A DNA stretch of 64,000 bases, from assembly GCF_963921235.1 (NCBI RefSeq), contig NC_086108.1:64792001-64856000 (forward strand), in the 5' to 3' direction. Below are positions 52,601-64,000 of this stretch, piece by piece (the stretch's first letter is position 1; each line of letters begins with the position of its first letter). A model generated the notes under the pieces. The model did no database searches and was not told where the DNA came from. It saw only the letters and a program-made list of their open reading frames with translations. The stretch is from Mobula hypostoma (taxonomy: Eukaryota). The translations under genes and the position numbers were made by a program.

Positions 52601-53818
52601 AAGTCAAGGATAGGAACTTAATTGAGCACCTTATTTTTTTGCTTAATGGCTCTGTACATGTGTTTTCCCAAAATCCTATTTTTATGTGCATAGATATGAT
52701 TAGTATTTTGACTAGTCATTCAGCTTGCAGTATTAAACTACCACCAGCTACTCTTCCTATAGAGAGTAATTCTTTATAGTATATAATCATCTTTTACTAG
52801 ATAGGAAGTGTCTTTTTCACCTATTGTAGGATGCAGGGAGGGGTGGATGAGAACTTTGTGCATTGAAAAACTCATTGTAATAGAAATATTTTCATTGTGT
52901 TTGGTTAAATGATTGAACCAGCAATTAAGTCTCTTCCAAAGAGTCTTATTGGAACTATTTCATTGTTAGATTATTCTTACCATTTCCTGTATCTACTTGC
53001 TGTTGGTGATGTTTCCTTTGGTAGTGAGGAAAAAGAAAGGATAATAAAATGACCAAAATAAATGACACATAGTGAGGTAACAAGATCAATCACGTCTGAT
53101 GACATGGGATTGAGGATTCTAAACATCAGATGAACTCTGATATTATAAATGACTGTCTTTTTCCTTCACCCCATTGCAGATAAAAAAAAAGGTTAATTTG
53201 ATTTTTTTGCCTTTGTGGATTGCACAGTTACGTTTAAATTCAGATTCACATTAATTTGCCCATATGTCAACTTGCTAATGGTAGCATTTCTCATTGTTCA
53301 GATTAGAATTTGTCTTTCACTGAGACAATGATAATAGAAAGGGGCCTTTGCCAATCTATAGGCTGCAGAGTTCAGCCAGAATAAATCAAGTGCTTGAATT
53401 TGCTTTTGACATGACCCATTGAGCTTGTAGTTTTAAAGATAATTGGTGAGACTTCTTTCATTTTTTTAATTTGATTATGAGTTGAACTGGTAATCCTTCA
53501 AATGAACAGTTTTCCTTGCAGTATACTAATTCAAGCAATGAGAAAATGATCTGTGAAGACTTCATACAACAGGCGATGAGGTAGCAATTCACATTTCAGA
53601 GAATTGCATGAGAAGCCGTAATGTGATGGACCAATATTTTTGTGTGGTTTGTACATTTGTTAACCAGTTCATTTTAAAGGCTGAAAGTCCAGGCAAATAC
53701 AGCACACAAAGCAATGGCATAATGGTGCACAAATCATTAACGGTTGATCTTCAGTCAAAAGCTTTAACCTTTATGTACCCCATATATGACTCTGTAAAAA
53801 AAGGTAGTTTAGTCAATA

Positions 53819-53838
53819 GGGCCACTAGGTGGAGCACA
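53819..53838 (+). promoter_or_regulatory. Candidate CTCF site
   Basis: GGCCACTAGGTGGAGCAC is a close match to the CTCF core; unique sequence. Confidence 0.6.
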
Positions 53839-54479
53839 GCAGGCAGGCATAGTATTTCATCTCCTGGGAAGGAAACTGCATTGGAGTCATTTTCAAATTA
53901 AATCTCTTGAAGTTACAAGGCAGACTGGTATCAACCCTAGCGAATTCACAGTTTAATCAGTACAAGTCCTCAGCCAGCAGAAAGATACGTGATGCATTGC
54001 TCATTTTCAGCAGGTGGAGGTTTGGAGTAAGAGTCCAACAGAAATATACTGTTTGGAAGTTTGCCATTGATTTATCTGTGGTTCAACAGGGATGTCCTTG
54101 CTCCAAGAGGCTTTCCAGAGCATCAAATAAAAATATTTTTATGTTTTTATACAGGGAATTAGCAGCTGTGACAGTCTTAACTCCCTCAGTTGATTGGTGT
54201 AATCAAATAAATGATTTAGTGAAATTTGAGCTAATGACAGCTTATTGTTAAATGTTGTTTCAGTTTATAAAATGACATTTTAAAAGGTTCTATTTTCTCA
54301 TTCTCTACTAGTTAGCTGGTTATTTTATGGAACTAAAGTCTGAACATTTTAGAAACAAATGTTTCATTTCAATATTTAAAAGGTGAACTGTCTTGACTTA
54401 GAGTCAGTATAAACGAATAGAAACTGAGAATATACAAAAAAAGCTACACAAAACATTAAACAATCATGCTCACATGCGA

Positions 54480-54955
54480 GGTGGTGTCAAAGGATTGGAA
54501 TGCCAAATGTTATACCACTCTTTGAAAAAGGTATGAGGGCATATTCTGCACAGTATATTAGTCACATTCAATTTGGTAGTGGGGAAGCTATAGGAAAGAT
54601 AAGTCACTCAGAATATGTGTGAGACAACATGGATTTTTTGAAAACAAATTGTATTTAAATGAACTATTGTTTAAATGGGATAACTGAGAAATTTGATGCG
54701 GGAAGAATAATGGATGTTGTCAACTTGAATGTTTGGAAGTTTTGTAATAAAAAAAAATGCCCCACGTTTTTCAGACGGAGGGAAGTACTCAGTGGTGATC
54801 CTCAGGATGTTGCTGCAGTCAGTGTTTTTGTTGTTATATATTAATGGCAGGGTAAACTTCCAAACTTTGCAGGTGACTCAGTGCCTAGGAGTATGTTAGA
54901 CATTGCAGAGGGCTGTTGGAATGAGCAGACACATGGTGAATGAAATGTAGTCCAA
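54480..54955 (+). mobile_element. Highly decayed CR1 RT fragment
   Basis: ggattggaatgccaaatgttataccactctttgaaaaagg; caacatggatttt; caaactttgcaggtgac. Confidence 0.6.
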
Positions 54956-55691
54956 TCAAGAGAGATAGATACTTTATTGATTCCAAAGAAAATTACAGTG
55001 TCACAGTAGCATTACAAGTGCACAGATATAAATATCAGAAGAGAAGTAGAAAGAATAAAACTAAGTTACCATGAAGAGTCTAACCGGAGGGGGTCATCAC
55101 TTCCCCGGCTATAGGTAAACTCATTATAGAGCCTACTGGCCAAGGGTGATAACGACTTCATATAGCACACTTTGGAGCAGCACAGTGATTAAGTGATGCA
55201 CTACAATGGTAAGTACAGGTGGAAAAAATATAGACAAGACAGAACAATTCCAAAAAGGAGTGCAGGAACAAAGAGACTCAGCTGTCTATGAGAAACCTGA
55301 CTGTGCAGCCTGCACAGATATCTTCCAACTTGATTAGACAGGCCTAAATCTAACAGTAAGTGCTTTCTTTTCAGTATTAAGTGCTGAGACATTCATACAA
55401 GGGTGCCTCAATGACACTACGAGCAGCACCATTACAAAACACATTACTGTGTCTGTAGTCTGTGACTGGCCACAAGGTGAGTTATTGGACCTCAATTCAG
55501 GAGGCAAAGATGTATCCAACAAAGAGCCTACTCACAGGGAGAATTCAGAGACATTCCATGGTACCTGCTGTGACTAAGGATATACACAGAGTTGTGTTGC
55601 CTCCCTATACTAATCCTATTTGCCTGCATAATGCCGTTCCTAATTAAGCACCTGATCAAAGTTCAAAGTAGATTTATTATCAAAGTATATA

Positions 55692-57475
55692 CAGTGCCTT
55701 GAAAAAGTGTTCGGCTCCCACAACTATTTTCAAATTTTACTGTCTAATTTTCAAAATTTAAAATAAATTAGGATTTTTTGAGCTAATCTACAAAACATTG
55801 TGCATCATGTCAAATGAAATGAAACCTGTCAACAATTTACTAAAAATTAAAAAACTAAATTATGGGGCTGAGAAAGTATTTATCCCCTTTGTAATTACTA
55901 CACTAACTTTCCTCAGGTGCAATACTGTATATTACCTTACCCTGTTTGTTGATGTAGAAAATTGGAGATCACCCATTGTCAATGAAATCATAGGAATAAA
56001 TAACCCCTCTAAATGTAAGGTCCAACAGTAAGGTAGATTTTATACTTTATACTTTATTGTCGCCAAACAACTGGTACTAGAACATACAATCATCACAGCG
56101 ATATTTGATTCTGTGCTTCACACTCCCTGGATTACAAATATTAAATATTAAAAATATTAAAAATAGTTAAAATTAATAAATATTAAAAATTTAAATTATA
56201 AATCATAAATCATAGATTTTCAACAAACCAAACCCAAAGGAAGACAAAAGAACATTCAAGACAAATCAGGGAACTGATAATAGAGAAGCACAAATCTGGG
56301 TGAGGGTACAAATTCATCCTAACAGCACTGAACATACTTCAGAGCTCAGTGCAGTCCATCATGAAAAAGTGGAAAAACTATGAAACCACAGACGCACTGT
56401 CTAGGTCAGGCTGCCCTTCTAAACTTAGTTGCAGGAGAAGAATGGTACTTGTAAGAGAGGTTACTATGATGCCAACAGTCACGCCAAGTGAGCTGCAGAA
56501 CTCAGTGGCTGCAACTGGAGGTGAGGTTCATGGCTGCACAATCTCTAAAGCCTTGCACAAAAAGGGTATTTATGGGAGAATGGCAAGGAAGAAGCCCTGA
56601 CTAAAAAAAAACTTATCCTTGCAGAGCATCATTTAGAAGATACTGTAAATATGTGGAAGAGAGTCTTGTGGTTGGACGGAACAAAGCATAACTTTTTGGC
56701 CTCAACACTAAATGATACTTGTGGCATAAATCTAATTTCTGTGCATCAGCTAGGTAACACTATCCCTATTGTAATGTATGGTGGAGGTTGTAGCATCATG
56801 CTGTGACCACAGGCCATAAACGATAGGAGCAGGATGAGGCCATTGCTTTTCAGCAGTAGTCTGGAAATCTGTTCGAAATTGACGGGAAGATGAATGTTAC
56901 TAAATAAAGAGAGATTCTGGATAAAAACATACTATCCCTGCCAGAAAGCCTAAACTGGAGATGAAGTTTGTCTTTCTGCAGGACAACTACCTAATGCATG
57001 CTGCCAGAGTATTCATGGCATGGCTCCAAATGAAGAAAATTGATGCCCAGTTAGAGTCCTGACCTTAACCTGATCGAACATCTCTGGCAAAATATCAAGA
57101 TTGCTGACCACCACTGCTCCCCAACTAACCTGGCACAGCTTGCCCAATTTTGCAAGGAGGAATGGGCAAATCTTGCTCCATCAAGTTGACGCAAGCTAAC
57201 AGAGATTTATTGAAAAAGACTACTGGCTGTAACAACTGCAAGAGGTGGTTCAGCTAAGTACTGAGCTAAAGGGGGTGGATACTTTGGAACTGTTGACATT
57301 TCAGTTTTTGAATTTTCCACTTTTCATGCTTTACAATTTTCCCTTTTTAGTGAAAAAAAGAAGAGCCTGTGACTCACAAATAAAAATTCTCAATTAAATT
57401 GATCAAAATCCCTGGTTGTAATACTCCGTTATGTGAATAAAATAGTTGGGGGCTGAATACTTCTTCAAGGCACTG
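55692..57475 (+). mobile_element. Tc1-like transposon, transposase disrupted
   Basis: TA|CAGTGCCTTGAAAAAGT...ACTTCTTCAAGGCACTG|TA; remnants KTKEHSRQIRELIIEKHKSG, RSGCPSKLS, GRMARKKP and SPDLNLIEHLW. Inserted in an antisense LINE tail (55657-55691 and 57478-57720). Confidence 0.95.
56042..56212 (-). mobile_element. Short LINE 3' tail inserted in the Tc1
   Basis: TSD TAGATTTT at 56034-56041 and 56213-56220; starts with tatactt repeats and tttatt. Confidence 0.7.
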
Positions 57476-57729
57476 TACATGTCACCACATACAACCCTGA
57501 GATTCATTTTCTTGCGTGCATTCACAGTAAATGCTAGAAACAGAATAGTATCAATAAAGGACAGCTCCCAACAGGATATAAAAACAATCAATGTGCAAAA
57601 GACAACAAACTGTGCAAATACAAGATAGAAAAAAAATGATAATAAGCAATAAATATTTAGAAAATGAATTCTAGAGTCCATGAAAATGAGTCCATAGGTT
57701 TTGGGATCAGTTCAGTGAAAATTGTATTT

Positions 57730-58400
57730 CTATTTGTCTCTACCACATCCTATGGAAGTTCATTTCATATAAGCACCTCCCTCATGCGAGAAACTTACCC
57801 CTCAGACCTTCTTTAAAATTCCCCCCTTTCCCTTTAAACCCATGGCCCAAAGTTTTGAGCCGCACCCTATGGAAAAATAGCCATCTATTCTATATTTGTC
57901 CCTTATAATTTTATGAATGTCTGAAAGGCCATTATTCAGCCTCCTATATATTCCAGTGGGAATAAACAAAGCTTATCAACATCCCCTCATACCTTGAACT
58001 CTTCATTCCAGACAACATACTGATGAATCTCAACTGCTGTCTTTCTAACCACATCTTTTCTGTAGTGTGGCAACCAGAACTGTATACATACTCTTTAAGT
58101 GTGGCCTCACCGACTTTTTGTGCAGCTGCAATCTGACATTCCAAATCTTATACTCAATCCCAGCCCATGAAGACAAGCATGCCAAATTCCCTCTTCACTA
58201 TCCTATTCACCAGTGTCACCATTTTCAAGGAACTATGAACTTGCATATCTGTGTTCCTCCATAAATCAACCCTTCCAAGGTCCTTGTTCCTTGCCGAACA
58301 TGTCTTATTTGTGTTTGACCGCCCAACTTCCTGATTGGTCCATGCCCTTTTGTATCCTTTCACAAGCTTCTTTGCTATCTCCAACTCACACACTCCTCTA
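57730..58400 (-). mobile_element. Decayed CR1 3' region
   Basis: ORFs 57944-58144 and 58154-58393 (MQVHSSLKMVTLVNRIVKREFGMLVF). Confidence 0.75.
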
Positions 58401-58739
58401 GTTCAGTATGCTCTTTGGTAGTGATATTGTGTGTTCCTGCTAGGGAGGGTCTCTTTCACGTCTGATGCTACTCTGAGTTTGATATGCAGTAATTTTCAGA
58501 GCATGCTTTCAATTCAACCAGGTTCCATTGGAAATCTTGTGGATGCTGTGTTTGTGTGTGTTTTTATGCATGAGTGATCCAGATGCTCTGTCTACCATAC
58601 CTTTGGCTGATTTCTCCAATTTGTGCCGTCAATTCTGGTCAAGGCCATTTAGAAATTACCAGAAAGTCCTAGAGAAGGTGCTAAATGGATTAGTCCAGGG
58701 ATGGGAGAATTACATGGATAGATGAGAGAATCAGGAGTA

Positions 58740-59505
58740 ATATAGAATAGAATTTTATTTCTTACATTCATCTCACAACGAGGGAGTAAAAACCTTTATG
58801 TTGTGTCACCGTCACAATTTACAAGCAATAAGGAAGGGAAATATGGTAGGGTATTGCTCAAACACTAAAATTGTATACATAATTGTTTTGTATACATGTA
58901 TGTGAAGTCAGATACAATGTACAGTCAGATATGCAATCAGATCAATATGTACTGGTAAATCTGATGGCCTGGTGAAAAAAGTTGTCCCGGAATCTGTTGG
59001 AACTGGCTTTAATGCTGCGGTACCATTTGCCAGACGGAAGCAGCTGAAGCAGTTTGTGGTTGGAGTCCATGATGGTCCTCCATGCCCTTTGTATGTAACT
59101 GCTGCTGTAAATGTCCTGAACAGAGGAAAGTTCACATCCACACTGCTCTCTGTAGTGACCTGCGATTGAGGGCAGTACAGTTCCCATACCAGGTGGTGAC
59201 ACAGCCATTCAAGATGCTCTCGATGGTGCCCTTGTAGAAAGCCCTGAGGACTTGGGGACTCATGCCGAACTTCTTCAGCCATCTGAGGTGAAAGAGGCGC
59301 TGTTGTGCTTTTATCACCACACTGCCAGTATGTATATTCCAGGTGAGATCTTCAGTGATGGGTATACCAAAGAACTTGAAACTACTCACCCTCTCAACTC
59401 CAGTCTCATTGATATCAATAGGAGCTAGCCTGTGTCTGTTCCTCCTATAATCCACGATCAATTCCTTCATTCTTTCGATATTGGGGGAGAGGTTGCTTTC
59501 TTTAG
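58740..59505 (-). mobile_element. Rex1/Babar-type LINE 3' part, nested in an older + strand CR1 (about 58640-59845)
   Basis: ORF 59132-59470 KELIVDYRR...KAQQRLFHLRWLKKFG...FYKGTIESIL; ORF 58942-59208 LLPSGKWYRSIK; atagaat tail repeats. Confidence 0.9.
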
Positions 59506-59964
59506 AGGAGGCTATGAAGTGATTTTGTTAAGGTAGGTAGAAAGAAACTGTTCCAGTTACAGAAGGGCCAAGAACCTAGTGAAATGAATTTTAAAATTTA
59601 TAATTCATATATAGGATGATGTGAAAGGAAGCTTTCCATACAGCAAGTAAATAGTGTCTGTCAAGTAGTACCTGAGAGAATGATGAATACAAATTCAATT
59701 GTGACCTTCAAAGGAGAGCTCAATAAATATTTAAAGAAAACGATTTCATGCAGTTATGGAGTGCTGGGTGTGAGAGGATGACGTGCTACATTGCCCTGTT
59801 AAAAGCTGAAACAGACTCGATGGGCTGAATGTCCTTCTGTGCTATAAAGAGTGAAAAGTGCTAAACTGCATACATACTCTGTACAGACCCAGATTAGTGT
59901 GGTCGGACAAATTTGAGTCAATCATTTCCAGAGAATCACAATCAAATTTCTAATACTAAAACAT

Positions 59965-61510
59965 CATGTGCTCAGTTCTGGTCACCTCACTACAGGATAG
60001 ATGTGGAAACCATAGAAAGTGTGCAGAGGAGACTTACAAGGATGTTGCCTGGATTGGGGAGCATGCCTTATGAGAATAGGTTGAGTGAACCATAAAACAG
60101 TACAACACAGAAAACAGGCCATTCGGCCCTTCTGGTCTGTGCCAAAACATTATTCCGCTAGTCCCATTGACCTGCATCCAGTCCATAATCCTCCAGACTT
60201 CTCCCATCCATATACCTATCCAATTTATTCTTAAAACTGAAGAGTGAGCCCGCATTTACCAAGTCAGATGGCAGCTCGTTCCACACTCTCACCACTCTCT
60301 GAGTGAAGACGTTCCCCCTAATGATCCCCCACTAAACCTTTCCTCTTTTCACCCTAAAGCCATGTCCTCTCGTATTTATCTCTCCTAATCTAAGTGGAAA
60401 GAGCCTGTTCACATTTACTCCCTGCCTATACCCCTCATAATTTTGTAAACCTCTATCAAATCTCCCCTCATTCTTCTACGCTCCAAGGAATAAAGTCCTA
60501 ACCTGTTCAATCTTTCCCTGTAAGTCAACTGCTGAAGACCTGGCAACATCCCAGTAAATCTTCTCTGCACTCTTTCAATCTTACTGATATCCTTGATATA
60601 GTTAGGTGACCAGAACTATACACAATACTCCAAATTTGGCCTCACCAATCTCTTATACAACCTCTCCATAATATCCTAACTCCTATACTCAATATTTTGA
60701 TTTATGAATGCCAGGATGCCAAAAGCCTTCTTTACATCCCTATCTACCTGTGACGCCACTTTCAGGGAATTATGTATCTGAACTCCCAGATCTCTTTGTT
60801 CCTCTACACTCCTCAGTGCCCTACCATTTACTGTGGATGTCCTAGCTTGATTCTTGATTTGTCCTTCCAAAATGCAACACCTCACACTTGTCTGCATTAA
60901 ATTCCATCTGTGATTTTCTGGCCCGTTTTTCCAGTTGGTCCAGATCCCTCTGCAAGCTTTGAAAGCCTTCCTCGCTGTCCACAATGCCTCCAATCTTAAT
61001 GTCATCACCAAACTTGCTAATCCAACTTACCACATTATTATCTGGATCATTGATATAGACAACAAACAACAATGGTCCCAGCACAGATCCTTGAGGCACA
61101 CCAACTCGGCCTTTTTGCCTTGGAGTGACAGAGGATGAGCGGTGACCTGATAGAGGTGTTTAAGATGATGAGAGGCATTGATCGTGTGTATAGTCGGAGG
61201 CTTTTTCCTAGGGCTGAAACGGCTAGCACGAGAGGACACAGTTTTAAGGTGCTTGGAAGTTGGTACAGAGGAGATGTCAGGGGTAAGTTTTTACGCAGAG
61301 AGTAATGAGTGTGTGGAATGGGCTGCCTGCGATCATGGTGGAGGTGGATACGATAGGGTCTTTTAAGAGACTCCTGGACGGGTACATGGAGTTCAGAAAA
61401 ATAGAGGGCAATGGGTAATCCTAGGTAATTTCTCAGGTAAGGACACGTTTGGCATAGCTTTGTGGGCCGAAGGGCCTGTATTGTTCTATAGATTCTCTAT
61501 GTTTCTATCC
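59965..61510 (+). mobile_element. CR1 3' end interrupted by an antisense CR1
   Basis: CAQFWSPHYRIDVETIESVQRRLTRMLPGL...ENRLSE breaks at 60090 and resumes at about 61103 (aactcggcc); tail tctatgtttctat. Confidence 0.9.
60091..61102 (-). mobile_element. 5'-truncated CR1 (RT core to 3' end)
   Basis: ORF 60842-61099 PQGSVLGPLLFVVYIND...KFGDDIKIGG; ORF 60676-61011 QRDLGVQIHNSLKVASQVD. Confidence 0.92.
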
Positions 61511-61693
61511 TGAAGTGCAGATTAATTTATTAATCATGTGTACATCAAAACATACAGTGAAATGTGTCCATTGCTTTGGCAATTAAGGATGTGCTGGGGG
61601 AAACCCGTAAGAGTCACCACACATTCCAGCACCATTGTAGCATGCCAACAATATTCAGTGAAACAACAACAACAACAAAACAAAAACACAAGC

Positions 61694-61790
61694 ACAGGAA
61701 ATCCAGAGCAACACACACAAAATGCTGTTGGAACTCAGCAAGTCAGGCAGCATCTATGGAAATGAATGAACAGTTGACGTATCAGGACGA
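61694..61790 (-). repeat. Truncated Penelope-type short repeat
   Basis: ggaaatccagagcaacacacacaaaatgctg...cagttgacgtatcagg; ends inside the hammerhead motif. Confidence 0.8.
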
Positions 61791-62184
61791 AACAACAAAA
61801 TGAGCTCCTTGCCCACCCACAGAAAGTCCTCCAACCTCAGGACAGGATGATTCCAGACCTCTGAACACCAGCCCTTGGTCCCAGAATCTAAGCCTCACAG
61901 GTAATGGGCTTCCAACCTCCAGACCCTGATCCAGGATCCAGACTCACAGACCTCCAACCTCCAGACACACCGATTCGCGAGTTCTGACCTGATTACAGTG
62001 CAACACAGAAAACTCACTATTTGTTACAAAATAAATAAATGGTGCAAAATAAATATATTGAGGTAGTGTTAATGGTTCCATGAACCATTCAGAAACCTGA
62101 TGGCAGAGGGGAAGAAGTCGTTTGTAAAACGTTCAGTGTGGGTCCTCTCTATGAGTGGTATAAAGAAGTTGATGTGACCTAGAT

Positions 62185-62263
62185 CAGGGGTTCCCAACTT
62201 CTAGTATGCCGTGTACCAATACCAAAAGCAAGGGTTCTGGGGATCCCAGGCTGGGAACCCCTG
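62185..62263. mobile_element. 79-bp hAT (Charlie-type) MITE
   Basis: TIRs CAGGGGTTCCCAAC / GCTGGGAACCCCTG; imperfect 8-bp TSD ACCTAGAT / CCCTAGCT. Confidence 0.8.
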
Positions 62264-63914
62264 CCCTAGCTGGCAAAGTTCTTTAATGATGATTGCTGCC
62301 TTCTTGAGGCACTGCTTCTGCAAGATGTCCTTGATAGTAGGGAGGGTCATGCCTGTGTGGACCTGGCTGTCTACAACCCTCTACAGTCTCTTATGATCCA
62401 ATGTATTGGTGGGAGGCCTGAAAATGTTCTTTATTTCCTTTTACTGCCATTAATGCAACATTGTACCTCACTCCAAGAGACTATAGAAGTCTCTTATAAA
62501 TCGTGATCTTTAGATGTTATGTTTCTCTATGTAACACCGTAGTGGGTTGGTATCGGATGCAGCGTATTTAATCTCTGGCAAGTTCTTGCAATTACTGGCA
62601 TTTAGTCTAGCAACTGTAATCTTGGGAACCAGCCCTTGCAGGGACACGGGAATCATTTAGGCACATAACTGGCTTACCAAACAGTGGAATCACAAAAAGT
62701 GAGGCTTCAGATTCCTTACCAGCACAGCAGCTGACTGTCACATTCCCACAAGTGGCATTTACTGTAAACGTCAATGTGAAGATGAGGCTCAACAAAGAAT
62801 TCCGTTTTACTACTTACTGTGTTTCCTTCACTAAACCAGAATTTGCCTGTCGGACTCTGGCAGGTATCCGTTCGGTAACAGTAGTCACAAATGAACAGGG
62901 CTAGTGGTGACTTCCTCAAGTTCCAAAAACAGGAATGAATTGGAAAAGGGGTGGTAGCAGTGAACTGTAAAATAGAGAGAATGCCAGTAAATGGAAATTA
63001 GGGAAAAGAACCTCTATATTTTGCAGTTTTAATACAATGAGATCTCGCTTGGGTCTGGTAGACATATAATCTGTTGCCTAGCCCTGCCTTGGGGAATGGG
63101 TTATACTATACAGCAGCAAGGAGAAGGTGGTTTCCCTTCAATGTTACCCTACCTTGAAGAGGAGGATATAACCTTTGGAGAAAAAGAACTTTTAATTTGT
63201 TCTGGTCTAGTGCATCTCCCAATAGAGTAGCCTTAAGGATTGCAGAATGTCATTTAAGATATCTGAGCAGAGGTAAACCACTGAGGATTGCAGTGTGATT
63301 GAATAAATTTGCAAATAAATAGCAATATAGAAAATGCTTGACTTGGGGGAAAAAGAAGTAGTTGCTAATTAGTAATAGCCTGCTGTACTTGAGCTGCAGA
63401 TTGCCTGGGTGTAGACAGCAATCTTAGGTAAATACAGTAATTTATTGATATTTAATACCAAGTTTATGTTGCAGAGTAGGTCATTCCTTTATGCTTCTTA
63501 TAGCATCTTAAAAGTTGAATATATAAGGGATATTTTATATCCTTAGGGTCTGGTTGGATTCAAAACAGAACCCATTGGTTCACCTACAAGTTAGCTAATT
63601 TATTTGATATACATAGGTATTATTTTTCTATACTTGCTCTAACATTTAAGTAGATTAAATACTCTACTTACACATTTGAGTGATTCAGAGAGGTACAAAA
63701 ATTATAACAAAGGGCAAAACGTGAATATTTTATCCATTTCTATGTTATGTATCTACTATAACAGCATTCCCCACCCCTCCCATTTTCTTATATTTTCTCA
63801 TGTTCTTCTATTGAAAATACTGACCTTGTTCCTTTCTACATGACATGACAATTTCTACATTGGCCACATCTGGTGAACACCTTCTTAGTGAAAAATCCTT
63901 GATGTCTTATTCAG

Positions 63915-64000
63915 TGATACAACACGAATCAGGCCCTTCAAGCCATGCCACCCTTGCAACCCCAGGAGCCCTGATTAACCCTAACCTAATCACAAGACAA
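63915..64000 (-). mobile_element. 3' end of a SINE, running off the window
   Basis: Similar to 45700-45775 (gatacaaca...ggcccttc...taaccctaacctaatcac). Confidence 0.55.

Noticed and set aside
44283..64000. NFIA exon 4 (HLGFQDSFVTSG...)
   Set aside because: Not found by eye; probably beyond the window.

Overview
Vertebrate intronic DNA, not a prokaryotic region. The repeat landscape (CR1, Rex1, HE1/V-SINE, Penelope-type short repeats) suggests a cartilaginous fish, probably a ray; this is inference. The only host coding sequence I can support is a 63-nt + strand exon at 44220-44282 encoding (D)SGQSESPSQASEDIKDQPEN(G), which matches exon 3 of NFIA, so the window is most likely NFIA intron 2, exon 3 and intron 3. 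Most ORFs in the track are transposon remnants or chance ORFs. Mobile elements with clear boundaries are a Gypsy LTR element (7005-11647), two deletion derivatives of one hAT family, a Tc1, Harbinger-, Tigger- and hAT-type MITEs, and many nested LINE fragments. The most notable observations are: (i) a dispersed Penelope-type repeat carrying a minimal hammerhead ribozyme motif, with 7 or more copies, all damaged and some in palindromic pairs; (ii) a perfect 104-bp inverted repeat in unique sequence; (iii) a copy of the Gypsy element's own 3' LTR/flank junction inside its RNase H region; (iv) candidate enhancers and two divergent CTCF motifs around the exon. Family assignments come from motif recognition, not database searches, and the boundaries of old LINE fragments are approximate.
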